DNA from: an uncultured Pseudomonadota bacterium
Lineage (GTDB): Bacteria > Myxococcota_A > Polyangia > Fen-1088
Length of the DNA stretch: 64,000 nucleotides
Direction: 5' to 3'
NCBI GenBank assembly: GCA_963847705.1
Contig: CAWKBC010000027.1
Coordinates: 416,001 to 480,000, forward strand
Part shown: piece after piece, positions 37,390-47,011 of the stretch
How the letters are laid out: every line of letters starts with the position of its first letter
How positions within the stretch are numbered: position 1 is the first letter of the stretch
Position numbers and translations under genes: made by a program
The notes under the pieces: generated by a model
Seen by the model: the letters and a program-made list of their open reading frames with translations, nothing else
Databases searched by the model: none
Told to the model about the DNA's origin: nothing

Positions 37390-37544
37390 ACGGGCGCGCC
37401 ATGGGGCTTTCGGACCGCCAGACCCCGATCTGGTCGCCTCTTTGAAAGCGCTTTGGCCGGGGGGCGTGGGGTCCGATAACGGTGATTCGCGCCCGCGCTT
37501 CGGGCGATCCCCTCGACCAGAGAGCGTGAATGACCCTGCGGTCT

Positions 37545-37576
37545 GTGCGGACTTCCGTGCGGACTTCCGTGCGGAC
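37545..37576. repeat. 12-bp tandem repeat, about 2.7 copies of GTGCGGACTTCC
   Basis: Directly visible between convergent genes. Confidence 0.7.
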
Positions 37577-37580
37577 CGAA

Positions 37581-37913
37581 CTAGCGCGACGGTGCGCGGA
37601 CGGTCGCGCTCTTTTTCTTGGGCGCGGCGCCGAGCAGCGGGACGCCGTTCTTTTCCTTGATGATCAGGTCGCCGCCGTCCTTGCAGACGCCGCTGATCGT
37701 CTTGCCTTCGTCGCTCCGCCCCTGGACTTTCCCCGGCGCGATCGTGGTGGTCGCGCGGGCGCCGACCTTCTGGTTCGGGACGTTGCCCGAGGCGACCGCA
37801 AAGGTGTACCCGGTCTCGTTCTTGATCCGACAGCTCGCGGACGCCGATCGATCGAACAGCAGAAGGAGCTGACCAACGACGAGACAACCCACGAAAGCGC
37901 TGGTGGACTGCAT
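37581..37913 (-). CDS. Small secreted hypothetical protein
   Basis: Signal-like leader (ASA), small beta domain with two Cys, plausible codon usage. Confidence 0.5.
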   Translation of the reverse strand: MQSTSAFVGCLVVGQLLLLFDRSASASCRIKNETGYTFAVASGNVPNQKVGARATTTIAPGKVQGRSDEGKTISGVCKDGGDLIIKEKNGVPLLGAAPKKKSATVRAPSR

Positions 37914-38014
37914 ACCAGGGTTAGGGGCAGGTCAGGTTGATTTCGTCAGATCAGAATCCGCGGCTCCTCGCGGCTGCCGTGATCGCTGCCACGGTGTGGC
38001 AGCAGCCCCGCGGT

Positions 38015-39058
38015 TCAGCTCCGGGCGCTGTAAAGGGCGACCAGCGCGGCGCCGATCGCCTGCGACAGCTCGCCCAGCGTCGACGGCAGGATCCGCAGGC
38101 GCTCGCGCTGGACCGGCCAGAGGTGCGGCCGCGCGGTGTCGCCGACGATCTTGAGGTAGCGCTCGCGGAAGGCCTCGGTGGTGCTCTCCGGATCCATGAG
38201 GCCGCCGCCGATCACCACGAACTCGGGATCGAGCGCCAGCACCAGGTTGGCGATGTGGTAGCCCATCGCCCGCGCCTGGAAGTCGAACAGCTCCACCGCC
38301 AGGGCGTCGCCCGACTGCGCCAGGCCCCGCAGCGCGAGCGCCTTCTTCTTCGGCGCGTCGGTCGAGCGCGCCAGCGGATGGTCGGAATAGTTGGCCCCGG
38401 CCAGCTTCTCCTCGAGCAAATAGGGCAGGCCGGCCAGCGTGGTGTAGAGCTCGGCGCAGCCCCAGCTGCGGCCGCAGCCGCACTTGTAGGGCTTGGCGCC
38501 GAGCAGGTGCAGCGGCACCGCCATGTGCGCGGTCTCCATCCCGGCCAGCGTGTCGCCCGACAGCGGCAGCCCGCGCGCATCGATGTAGGCCGAGCCGAGG
38601 CCCGAGCCGGGCGCCAGCATCACCACGCCGCCGGTCCCGGAGCCGCGCACCCGGTGTGCCTCGCCGACGCCGCCGAACGCGCCGTCGTTTCCGACGGTGA
38701 GGGGCACCGCGCGCCCCGCCTTGCTGGCCAGCGCCTGCGCGTAGTCGTTGTAGAAGTCCCACCCCTCGAACTGGGCCGGCATGTTGGCGGAGTGCCCCAG
38801 CACCCCGTAGCGCTGGTAGGGGCCGGGGATGGCCAGGCCGACGCCACTCACCTGATCCCAGACCAGGCCGTTCTGCCCCAGATATTTGCCGACCGCCTCG
38901 ATCCAGCCGGCGACCACCGCGGCGCTCCCCGCCTCGGAGCTGGTGGGGTGCTGGTAAAGCTTGGTGGAGACGGTGGTGCCGTCGGACCAGACGCCGCCCA
39001 CCTTGGACATGGTGGCGCCGCAGTCGGTGCCGATGAAGACCTGCCGGTTGTCGCTCAT
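38015..39058 (-). CDS. ROK-family sugar kinase
   Basis: IGTDCGAT, GLAIPG, GNDG, GSGLG, ETAH...CGCG..GCAE, VIGGG. Confidence 0.88.
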   Translation of the reverse strand: MSDNRQVFIGTDCGATMSKVGGVWSDGTTVSTKLYQHPTSSEAGSAAVVAGWIEAVGKYLGQNGLVWDQVSGVGLAIPGPYQRYGVLGHSANMPAQFEGWDFYNDYAQALASKAGRAVPLTVGNDGAFGGVGEAHRVRGSGTGGVVMLAPGSGLGSAYIDARGLPLSGDTLAGMETAHMAVPLHLLGAKPYKCGCGRSWGCAELYTTLAGLPYLLEEKLAGANYSDHPLARSTDAPKKKALALRGLAQSGDALAVELFDFQARAMGYHIANLVLALDPEFVVIGGGLMDPESTTEAFRERYLKIVGDTARPHLWPVQRERLRILPSTLGELSQAIGAALVALYSARS

Positions 39059-39104
39059 GCCGCGCAGTGTAGCGGGAGACGCCCGGTGCTGCACGGCCGG
39101 TTCG

Positions 39105-41507
39105 TCAGTGGTGGCCGAGCGCGCGCCGCAGCCGATCTTCGGGCGCCACCAAGTGATCGTGATCATTGTCGCCGAGGTCGATGCGCACCCAGGCGATCTC
39201 GCCGGTCCAGGCATTCCCGGTCGGCTCGTACTCGGGCGACGCGGGTGAGCCGCTGTCTTCCCCCACGTCGCAGGCCTCGTCGGCCGAGAAGCCCATCGGG
39301 ATGGTCCGCTCGACCCGCCCCTTGCCGACCGGCTTGCCGTCGACGGTGAGGGTGACGCTGCCGCCGCGGGCCAGGCCGCCGCCGTCGTAGGCGAACTCCA
39401 TGCGGACCTCGTGGCGGCCGGGCGGAATGGTGGTGGTCGACCCGACGATGAAGTGCTGGAGGCCGAAGAAGTTGTAGCAGTAGCGGAGCTTCCCGTCCCT
39501 GGCGTAGAGGCTCCATCCGCCGACCCGCCCGCCCTGCGTGATGATGACGCCGTCGGCGCCGGCGGCCGGGACCGTCACCTCGGCGCTGACCGAGTGGGAC
39601 TTGTTCTTGACGTTGAGGACCGACGCCTCGGTGACGTGCATTCCGGCGAACAGCATCTGGCTGTTGCCGGTGGCCAGCTGCGGCCGTCCGGCCAGATCGG
39701 GGTTGATGCGCTCGTACCGGCGATCGTCGAGCGGAAGCACGTTGTACTTGGTCGCCTCGATCAGCCAGAGGCGCTGGAGCTCGGCCAGCTTGGCGCCGTT
39801 TGCGGCGACGACGTCCTTCGCCTGCGTCCAGTCGCCCGGTTCGTAGAGCTCCCAGACGTCCTGGTCGAACGGGGGCGGCGGATCGGTGAGCCAGGGGGTG
39901 CTGTGCCGGGTCACCGCCGTCCACCCCTGGTGGTAGAGGCCCCGGTTGCCGAACATCTCGAAGTACTGCAGCTGGTGCCGGTCGGGCGCCTGGGCGTCGC
40001 CGAAGCTGTAGGCCATGCTGACCCCTTCGAACGGCGCCTGGGCGATCCCGTTGACCATCTCGGGCGCGGGGAGGCCGGCGACCTCGAGGATGGTCTGCGC
40101 CACGTCGACGACGTGGTGGAACTGCGAACGGACCTCGCCCTTGGCGTCGAACCCGTTCGGCCAGTGCACGATGGTGCCATTGCGGGTCCCGCCCCAGTGG
40201 GAGGCGACCTGCTTGGTCCACTGGTAGGGGGTGCACATCGCGTGCGCCCAGCCGACCGCATAGTGGTTGTAGGCGTTCTCGGTCCCGAATTCGGCGATCT
40301 TCTGCCGCATCAGCTCCGGGGTCTCGAGCCCGGGCATTCCGTTCAACGTCGTCATTTCGTTGAAGCACCCCTTGAGCGTCCCCTCGGCCGACGCGCCGTT
40401 GTCGCCGATGATGTAGTAGACGAGCGTGTCCTCGAGGACGTCGAGCTCGCGGAGGGTGTCGAGGACGCGGCCGACGTGGTGGTCGGTCTGCTCCAGGAAC
40501 CCGGCGTAGATCTCCATCTCGCGCGCCAGCACGGGCTTGAGCTCGGCCGGCATCTCGTCCCAGGCGGGGATCTCCTTCGGCCGTTCGGTCAGCTCCGCGT
40601 CGGCCGGCGCCACCCCCAGCTTCTTCTGTCGCGCGAAGGTCTCCTCGCGCAGCCTGTCCCAACCCTGATCGAACTTGCCCCTGTACTTGGCCGACCAGGC
40701 CGCCGGGACGTGGTGGGGCGCGTGCGTCGCGCCGGGCGCGTAGTACATGAAGAAGGGCTTGTCGGGCACCAGCGCCTTCTGCTGACGGACCCAGTTGATG
40801 GCGCGGTCGGCGAGATCCTCGTTCAGCGTGTAGCCCTCCTCGGGCGTGCGGGGCGGCTTTACGGCGGCCGTCCCTTCGAAGAGGCCCGGGTAGTACTGGT
40901 TCGCCTCGCCGCCCACGAAACCGTAGAAGTATTCGAAGCCCGACCCGGTCGGCCAGTGGTCGAAGGGGCCCATCGGGCTGGTCTCCCACATCGGGACCTC
41001 GTGGCACTTGCCGAACTGCGCGGTGGAGTAACCGTTCAGCTTCAGGATCTCGGCGAGCGGGGCCTTGTTGAGGGGGCGCACGCTGTTGTTGCCGGGCGCG
41101 GAGGTGGCCATCTCGGTGATCGCCCCCATGCCGACCGAGTGGTGGTTGCGGCCGGTCAGCAGCGAGGCGCGCGTCGGCGCGCAGAGCGCGGTGGTGTGAA
41201 AGCGCGTGTACTTGAGGCCGGTCCCCGCCAGCCGCTCGGCGTTGGGCGTGTGGCAGGGTCCGCCGAAGGCGCTGGAGGCGCCGAACCCGACGTCGTCGAG
41301 CAGGATGAGGAGGACGTTGGGCGCGCCGGCGGGCGGACGCAGCCGGCGGATCGGCGGGTAGTGGGTCGCCGGGTCCTTGGCGTCGAAGGTGGTGAGGCCG
41401 ACGTGTTGTCGATCGGGGATCGGGAGAACCGAACGTGGAAGGTCATCTTCGGTGGGCTCCGCCGTGGCGCTCGGGGGCTGGGTGGGCGCGCCGTTGGTCT
41501 TCTTCAT
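39105..41507 (-). CDS. Large arylsulfatase (Cys-type) with C-terminal LamG-like beta domain
   Basis: PNVLLILLDDVG, LCAPTRASLLTGRNHH, GKCH, GATHAPH, GDNGAS. GGAGG RBS before the ATG at 41507. Confidence 0.92.
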   Translation of the reverse strand: MKKTNGAPTQPPSATAEPTEDDLPRSVLPIPDRQHVGLTTFDAKDPATHYPPIRRLRPPAGAPNVLLILLDDVGFGASSAFGGPCHTPNAERLAGTGLKYTRFHTTALCAPTRASLLTGRNHHSVGMGAITEMATSAPGNNSVRPLNKAPLAEILKLNGYSTAQFGKCHEVPMWETSPMGPFDHWPTGSGFEYFYGFVGGEANQYYPGLFEGTAAVKPPRTPEEGYTLNEDLADRAINWVRQQKALVPDKPFFMYYAPGATHAPHHVPAAWSAKYRGKFDQGWDRLREETFARQKKLGVAPADAELTERPKEIPAWDEMPAELKPVLAREMEIYAGFLEQTDHHVGRVLDTLRELDVLEDTLVYYIIGDNGASAEGTLKGCFNEMTTLNGMPGLETPELMRQKIAEFGTENAYNHYAVGWAHAMCTPYQWTKQVASHWGGTRNGTIVHWPNGFDAKGEVRSQFHHVVDVAQTILEVAGLPAPEMVNGIAQAPFEGVSMAYSFGDAQAPDRHQLQYFEMFGNRGLYHQGWTAVTRHSTPWLTDPPPPFDQDVWELYEPGDWTQAKDVVAANGAKLAELQRLWLIEATKYNVLPLDDRRYERINPDLAGRPQLATGNSQMLFAGMHVTEASVLNVKNKSHSVSAEVTVPAAGADGVIITQGGRVGGWSLYARDGKLRYCYNFFGLQHFIVGSTTTIPPGRHEVRMEFAYDGGGLARGGSVTLTVDGKPVGKGRVERTIPMGFSADEACDVGEDSGSPASPEYEPTGNAWTGEIAWVRIDLGDNDHDHLVAPEDRLRRALGHH

Positions 41508-41847
41508 CGAATCCTCCGCCCGAGCGAAGGTGGGAACCGGAGCCCCCGAGACAACGTCGCGCCCGCGGAATGCGGCGCGGGCCGACGTCGACGCGCGGTC
41601 GAGCTCGAGAGGCACCGCCGGCGCCCGAGGCCACTCCGAGGCCTCTGCGTTCCGTCGTCGCTGTCCGAGCACGGACCCGCCCTGGGTGCGCAGGCAGGCG
41701 AGGCACGCCTCCGCAGCGTGGTGAGCGAAGGGGGCTTCACCCGTTTCCGCCGGGCGACCGAGACGCCGTTCAACCTGGTGCTGGAAGCTCGGCCGTGACG
41801 CCCGGCACGCGCGCCGGCGCTTCCCCGCCTCGGCTCGGCGTTGAATT

Positions 41848-42150
41848 GTGATGGTTCGCGGTCCTCGTGACGGTGGGCGTCAGACGCCGGGGGGCGGTCT
41901 TAAGGATGTCGGTCAATTCCGCCGATGGTGCTGCTCGAGGGAACTGGAGACGCTTGTGGTGAGGGACCGGGCGACGAATGACGAGTGGCGCGTCTACTAC
42001 GAGCGCGCCGCCGAGCTCCGTGCAGCGGTGGGGGATCCCTTCAAGCGGCACATCAAGCGCCAGGCCCTTCGCGAGCGAATCTTCATGATCGGCGCCGTGC
42101 TGTTCGTCCTGGGAACGATCGGCGCCTTCTGCCTGTTCGCCATGTGGTGA
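41848..42150 (+). CDS. Small hypothetical protein with C-terminal TM helix; start uncertain
   Basis: Hydrophobic C-terminus; fills the gap between two genes. Confidence 0.4.
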   Translation: MMVRGPRDGGRQTPGGGLKDVGQFRRWCCSRELETLVVRDRATNDEWRVYYERAAELRAAVGDPFKRHIKRQALRERIFMIGAVLFVLGTIGAFCLFAMW

Positions 42151-42189
42151 CCGGCCCCCAGGCCGCCCGACAGGCGGTCTAGGAGACTC

Positions 42190-42639
42190 CTAGGAGCGGG
42201 CGCGGGTGGCGGCGGTCCGGAGCCAGCCGCGCAGGGCGGCACGGGGAAGGGTGTCGGCCGGGCGGAGCTTGAGGTGCTTGCCGGTCTTGCCGTCGCCTTC
42301 CAGGAGGCCGTGGGGATCGGCGTAGGTGCCGGGCGGCCCGGGGAGGATCAGGTTGACGTGCGCCTTGAAGGCGGCCAGCGCGCAGATCATGTTGGCACCG
42401 ACCGAGTAGATAGGCATTCCCCACTTCGTGGCCGCCGTCGCCTCCGGGGCGGCCTCGGCGATCAGCGCGCGGAGCTGGTCGAGGATGGAAAGCAGCTGCG
42501 GCGGTTGCTTGGCGAAGAAGCCTTCGACCGGCGCGCCGAGATCCTTGCGCGGGCCGAACTTCGCCTGCGGGGCTTTCGTCGCGACCGGCTTCTTTGCGGG
42601 GCGCCCGGCTTTCGGCTTGGCCTTCACGACCTTTGGCAC
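42190..42639 (-). CDS. DUF1801 (YdhG-like) protein
   Basis: LRALIAEAAP, KWGMPIY, FKAHVNL, LLEGDGK..KHLK. Confidence 0.8.
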   Translation of the reverse strand: MPKVVKAKPKAGRPAKKPVATKAPQAKFGPRKDLGAPVEGFFAKQPPQLLSILDQLRALIAEAAPEATAATKWGMPIYSVGANMICALAAFKAHVNLILPGPPGTYADPHGLLEGDGKTGKHLKLRPADTLPRAALRGWLRTAATRARS

Positions 42640-42709
42640 CGGCCGATGATGCCAAAAAAACTCCCTCGCGCCGACCGGAAAACCCGGTCGGCGCGAGGCG
42701 ACGCTCTCG

Positions 42710-45517
42710 CTACGGCGCGGCGGCCAGGGCGTCGGCGCTGTTGAGCAGCGTCTGCGCCTGGCTCACCCAGCCGGCCGCGGTCACGCTGTCGATCGACTGG
42801 CCGGCGAACTCCGCCAGGTCGAGCGCCTCGCGGATCTGCATGGCCAGTGCGTCGCGCGTGGTGGTGAGGTTGGCGATCGACGTCTCCTTCGAGGTGTAGA
42901 TCGTGTCCCCCGGGTCGGCGCCCTGCAGGGCCTTCGTCGAGGTGAGCAGCATGTCCTGCGCGAACTCGCCGAACGGGGCGTTGATCGCCTTGTAGGCCGC
43001 GCCGAGACCCTCGATCGTGCTCTGATCGGCCGTCAGCGCTGCCGGCACCGCGCCGGGCACCAGGGCCTGCGTGATGACGCGGCCATCGTCCTCATACGTG
43101 TCGGGCAGCCCGGTCAGCGCGTTGATGGTCGGGCGCACGTCGGTGTGGTCGGTGAAGACCGTCTGGTCCGGCAGGTTGGCGACGCCCGGGCCGACCAGGC
43201 CGATCCAGGTCTGTCCGATCTCCTTCTGCACGTCGCCGTGGTTCCAGGCGAAGCCGGGGTTGACGCAGGTGGCGCAGGTCGAGGTCGGGAAGTCGGTGAT
43301 GAAGTAGTCGGCATCCCCGAAGAACACGAACGTCCCGTTGCGGCCCGGATCGCCGGTGGTGAACATGTGCAGCGACTTCATGCCGGTCTGGTCCGCGTAG
43401 AGGTCGAGCACCTTGTCGGTGTTCCCGGTGAATGGGTTGACCGCGGTCAGCCCGGCGATGGTGCGCTCGAAGGTGCGGGTGTCGGGATCGGTCTGGCCGA
43501 GCGGCCCGGCCCCCTTGCGCGCCAGGTAGAACGGCGGCGCGTCGTCGCCGTGCACCGTGAAGGTGTCGGGGCCGGTGGAGGCCAGGAAGGTGTTGTAGAG
43601 CGAGGGGAACTGGTTCTGCACCGCCGTGTCGATGTTGAGATCGATCTCGCCGATCTGCCCGGTCCAGTTGCAGGTGTTGCCGGGCGTGCCGTCGCAGGTG
43701 GGCGGGGTGGGCGTGCCGCCCACGAAGTGATCGCCCTCGTCGACGGTGATGATGAACAGCGTGTTGGTCTTGTCGATCCCGTGCGCCGCCAGCTCGGTGA
43801 AGAAGTTGGCGAAGGCCTGGTCGTAGGCGGCCAGCTGCGCCACGTACTCCGGCTGGCCGGGGCCCATGGCCTGGGCGGTGCTGTGGTTGTCATGCGCGTC
43901 GGAGAGGTAGGCGTAGGTCACCGGGATGCCGGCCTCCTGCATCGAGGCGACGTAGCGCAGCGACACCTCGGCCTCCATGCCGTCGAAGCCCGGGAAGCCC
44001 GGCTGGCCGAACGGATCGACGATCGGGTTGCCGAGCATGCTGACGAGCGGAACGCTGGCGGGCTGGCCGGTCAGCAGCGGGTCGACCGTCTGCGCGCCGA
44101 AGAGGCCGGAAAAGCCGGTGTAGCCGCCGGGCTCGCCGGGCAGCTTGTCGGCCACGCCGTTGGCGCAGCGAGGGGAGCCCTGGGCGCAGTGGACGGCGAT
44201 GCCGACAAAGTCGGTCTGGGCCTTCAAGGCGGCCGCCGTGCCCGAGGCCGCTTTGCCCGACGCCACCGCCTCGGCGAACTGGGGCGAGTTGGTCCCGAAC
44301 ACCGTGGCGACGTCGCTGAAGGTCGAGGACGACGCGGTCTCGAGCTCGATGTTGGCGGTGCCCACACCGCCGACGTCGCAGCCGGCGCGGGTGTAGGCGA
44401 CCCAGGGTGCCGGCATGTTCTGGCCGGTGGGGGTGACCATGTTGAAGACGCCTGCCGCGGCCGTGTCGGTCCAGTACTCGAACGAGCTGGGGAACGAGAA
44501 GGCGCCGGTGGCGCTGGTGCGCACGTAGCTGTTGGTCACCGTCTGGCCGTGGCGGTCGGGGTAGACGCCGGTCAGCGACGACAGGATGCCGCCCGCGGTG
44601 TGCGAGATGAGGATGGTGTGGTCGTTGGCCATCATCGTGCCGTTGCCGCGGATGAAGTTCAGCAGGTGCGGCATCTGCTCCAGATCCGAGGCGACGTTCG
44701 ACTTGTCGCGCATGAGGTGCGTGTTGTCGAACTGCAGATAGATGACGTGCTTGATCGCGCCCGAGCCGTTGCCGAGCTGGCAAGCGCTGGCCGCGGTGCG
44801 GGCCGTGCAGGTCACGGTGACGCTGCTGGCGGCCGGGCAACCGGCGGCGGCGTCGCCGTCGGAGACCGTGAGGGTGAGCGTCGCCGTTCCCGGGGAGGTG
44901 CAGACGAAGCGCGTGTCGAGCGCAGCGGCGTTGGTGAAGACACCGGACGTCGACGTCCACTGCGCGCCGAGCGGCGAGGGCCCGTTGTCCGCGTCGTGCG
45001 CGGTCGCGTTCAGGCTGACCGATCCGCCGACCAGAACCTCCGCGGGGGTGGCGTCGAGGCCGTCGATCTGCGGGCAGACATTCAAGCTGCCGTTGACCGC
45101 CACGCTGCCGGTGTGCGGCGCCTGATGGCAGGTGATCGGGACATTCACCGTGGTGGTCTGTCCGGCCGTGACCGCGAAGGGGGCCGCGCCGGCGCAGCTC
45201 TCGGAGCCGTCGGTCGAGACCGCGGTCAGCGCGATGTTGTAGCCACCGCCGACCGCGAACGGCCCGAGGACCGCCGAGACGGTGTTGCTGTGGCTGACGT
45301 CGATCGTGCCGTTCTGGGTGAAGGAGGCCGGGCCGGTGATCGTGTAGCTCACGGTGGCGATCGAGGCGCCGCCGGCCTGAAGTGCGATCTCGACCGAGCC
45401 TGTCGCCTGTTTGCCGGCCGAGGAGCCGCCGCCGCTGCCCATGCATCCACCCGCGAGCAGGCCGCCCGCGAGCATCGTGACAGTCAGGAAAACAAACGGT
45501 GTCGATCGGTTTTGCAC
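42710..45517 (-). CDS. Large lipoprotein: Ig-like domains plus alkaline-phosphatase-superfamily-like domain
   Basis: Lipobox AGGC and Cys-containing Ig-like N-terminus. Motifs IYLQFDN, ISHTA...LTGVYPDRHG, SDAHD, TVDEGD, WNHG. Confidence 0.7.
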   Translation of the reverse strand: MQNRSTPFVFLTVTMLAGGLLAGGCMGSGGGSSAGKQATGSVEIALQAGGASIATVSYTITGPASFTQNGTIDVSHSNTVSAVLGPFAVGGGYNIALTAVSTDGSESCAGAAPFAVTAGQTTTVNVPITCHQAPHTGSVAVNGSLNVCPQIDGLDATPAEVLVGGSVSLNATAHDADNGPSPLGAQWTSTSGVFTNAAALDTRFVCTSPGTATLTLTVSDGDAAAGCPAASSVTVTCTARTAASACQLGNGSGAIKHVIYLQFDNTHLMRDKSNVASDLEQMPHLLNFIRGNGTMMANDHTILISHTAGGILSSLTGVYPDRHGQTVTNSYVRTSATGAFSFPSSFEYWTDTAAAGVFNMVTPTGQNMPAPWVAYTRAGCDVGGVGTANIELETASSSTFSDVATVFGTNSPQFAEAVASGKAASGTAAALKAQTDFVGIAVHCAQGSPRCANGVADKLPGEPGGYTGFSGLFGAQTVDPLLTGQPASVPLVSMLGNPIVDPFGQPGFPGFDGMEAEVSLRYVASMQEAGIPVTYAYLSDAHDNHSTAQAMGPGQPEYVAQLAAYDQAFANFFTELAAHGIDKTNTLFIITVDEGDHFVGGTPTPPTCDGTPGNTCNWTGQIGEIDLNIDTAVQNQFPSLYNTFLASTGPDTFTVHGDDAPPFYLARKGAGPLGQTDPDTRTFERTIAGLTAVNPFTGNTDKVLDLYADQTGMKSLHMFTTGDPGRNGTFVFFGDADYFITDFPTSTCATCVNPGFAWNHGDVQKEIGQTWIGLVGPGVANLPDQTVFTDHTDVRPTINALTGLPDTYEDDGRVITQALVPGAVPAALTADQSTIEGLGAAYKAINAPFGEFAQDMLLTSTKALQGADPGDTIYTSKETSIANLTTTRDALAMQIREALDLAEFAGQSIDSVTAAGWVSQAQTLLNSADALAAAP

Positions 45518-45682
45518 GTGGTGTCTTCTTTCTTGCAGGAGTACTGGAGAGAGAAACCGCTGTTGGCGTTTGCAAGGAAAGCTCCAGTTGGTCCGCATGT
45601 GGCAAGCCCGCAAGACTCCGACCGTTCGCTCGATGGCGCCGCAGATCGGGGTGGGCCGGCCATCCTGTTTTCGAATTTCGGC

Positions 45683-45695
45683 TCCGAATTTCGGA
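45683..45695. promoter_or_regulatory. Palindrome TCCGAA-T-TTCGGA in the divergent intergenic region
   Basis: Perfect 6-1-6 palindrome, with a partial second copy CGAATTTCGG at 45672. Confidence 0.35.
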
Positions 45696-45701
45696 ACGAG
45701 G

Positions 45702-46907
45702 GTGGCAGCGGCGATCGTTGCCAGAGTCTTTGCCAGAGCTTTGGCCGGAGCCTTGGCCGGAGCCTCCGCGCACGCCGCCGCTTCCACGCAGGTCAGCTCG
45801 CCTTCCGCGCCGTCGCCGGCCGAGCTGGTGGCGCTGGGCCGGCAGATCTTCGCCGATCCGAAGCTCTCCGATCCGCCGGGGACGAGCTGCGCGAGCTGCC
45901 ACGATCCGGCCACCGCCTATTCGAGCCAGAACGGTTCGACGAACGGGCTGCCGCGTGGAAGCCGGCGCGGGCACTTCGCGCGCCGCACGGCCCCGTCGCT
46001 CCTCTACCTCCGTTACATCCCGAGCTTTCGCCATCACCAGGAAGGGGACGAGCCCCAGCTGCAGCCGTTTGGCGGCCTGTTCTGGGACGGGCGGGTCGAC
46101 ACCGTTCGCGAGCTCGGGCGCCAGCCGCTGCTCAACCCGGACGAGATGAACAATCGTGACGGCCGGCGGGTGGCCGTGGCGATCGCCAAGGGGAGCTACG
46201 GGGCGCTGTTCGCCCGCGTCTTCCCGGCGGCGCTCGACGATCCGGAGGCGACGCTGGCGGCGGTCGGCAAGGCGCTGGAGGCGTTCTTGGTCGCCGACGA
46301 CATGGCCCCGTTTTCATCCAAGTACGACGACTTCATCCGGGGACGCGCCACGCTCACCGCTCGGGAGGCGGCAGGGATGCGCCTCTTCAAGGACCCGGCG
46401 AAGGGGGGCTGCCTCGGCTGCCACGTCTTCAACGAATCGGTGCCCGATCCCGTCGCCTCGATGTTCACCGACTACGGCTACGACGCGGTGGCCATTCCCC
46501 GCAACTCTCGGGCGCCAGGCCCCCGCAAACCCGACCTGGGGCTCTGCGAACGCACCGACAGATCCACGCCATCGGACGACGCCGGCTCCTGTCTCTCCTT
46601 TCGAACCCCGTCGCTCCGGAACGTCGCGGTGCGGAGCTCGTTCATGCACAACGGCGCGTTCCGGAGCCTCCGCGATGTCGTCGCCTTCTATGCGACGCGC
46701 GCCTCCGATCCCAGGCGCTGGTACCGTTCGGGCGTTCCGTTCGCGAGCGTTCCGGCCAAGTACCGCGGCCGCGTCAACGTCACGTCTCCGCCGTACAATC
46801 GGAAGGCAGGGGATCCGCCGGCCCTCGACGACCGCGAGATCGACGCGGTCGTCGCGTTTCTCCGGACCTTGACGGACGCGCCCTACCGGGCGGCCCCTGG
46901 CCTGTAG
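45702..46907 (+). CDS. Diheme cytochrome c peroxidase (bCcP/MauG superfamily); start approximate
   Basis: LGRQIFADPKLS, CASCH, FWDGR, PLLNPDEM, CLGCH, FRTPSLRNVA, FMHNG. Confidence 0.88.
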   Translation: MAAAIVARVFARALAGALAGASAHAAASTQVSSPSAPSPAELVALGRQIFADPKLSDPPGTSCASCHDPATAYSSQNGSTNGLPRGSRRGHFARRTAPSLLYLRYIPSFRHHQEGDEPQLQPFGGLFWDGRVDTVRELGRQPLLNPDEMNNRDGRRVAVAIAKGSYGALFARVFPAALDDPEATLAAVGKALEAFLVADDMAPFSSKYDDFIRGRATLTAREAAGMRLFKDPAKGGCLGCHVFNESVPDPVASMFTDYGYDAVAIPRNSRAPGPRKPDLGLCERTDRSTPSDDAGSCLSFRTPSLRNVAVRSSFMHNGAFRSLRDVVAFYATRASDPRRWYRSGVPFASVPAKYRGRVNVTSPPYNRKAGDPPALDDREIDAVVAFLRTLTDAPYRAAPGL

Positions 46908-47011
46908 GTCCCTCGGCGACCTGACCCGACATGATTCGCGCGCCCCGCGGATGAGTTTGTTTTCAATCCTGTCGCAAAGCAGGTCGGTGAGGGCGCGTAC
47001 GATGAACCGTC

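Noticed and set aside
43145-46159. 1004-aa plus-strand ORF, and similar ones such as 39411-41798, 50401-52611 and 15924-17816
   Set aside because: Antisense shadows of well-supported genes, typical of high-GC codon bias.
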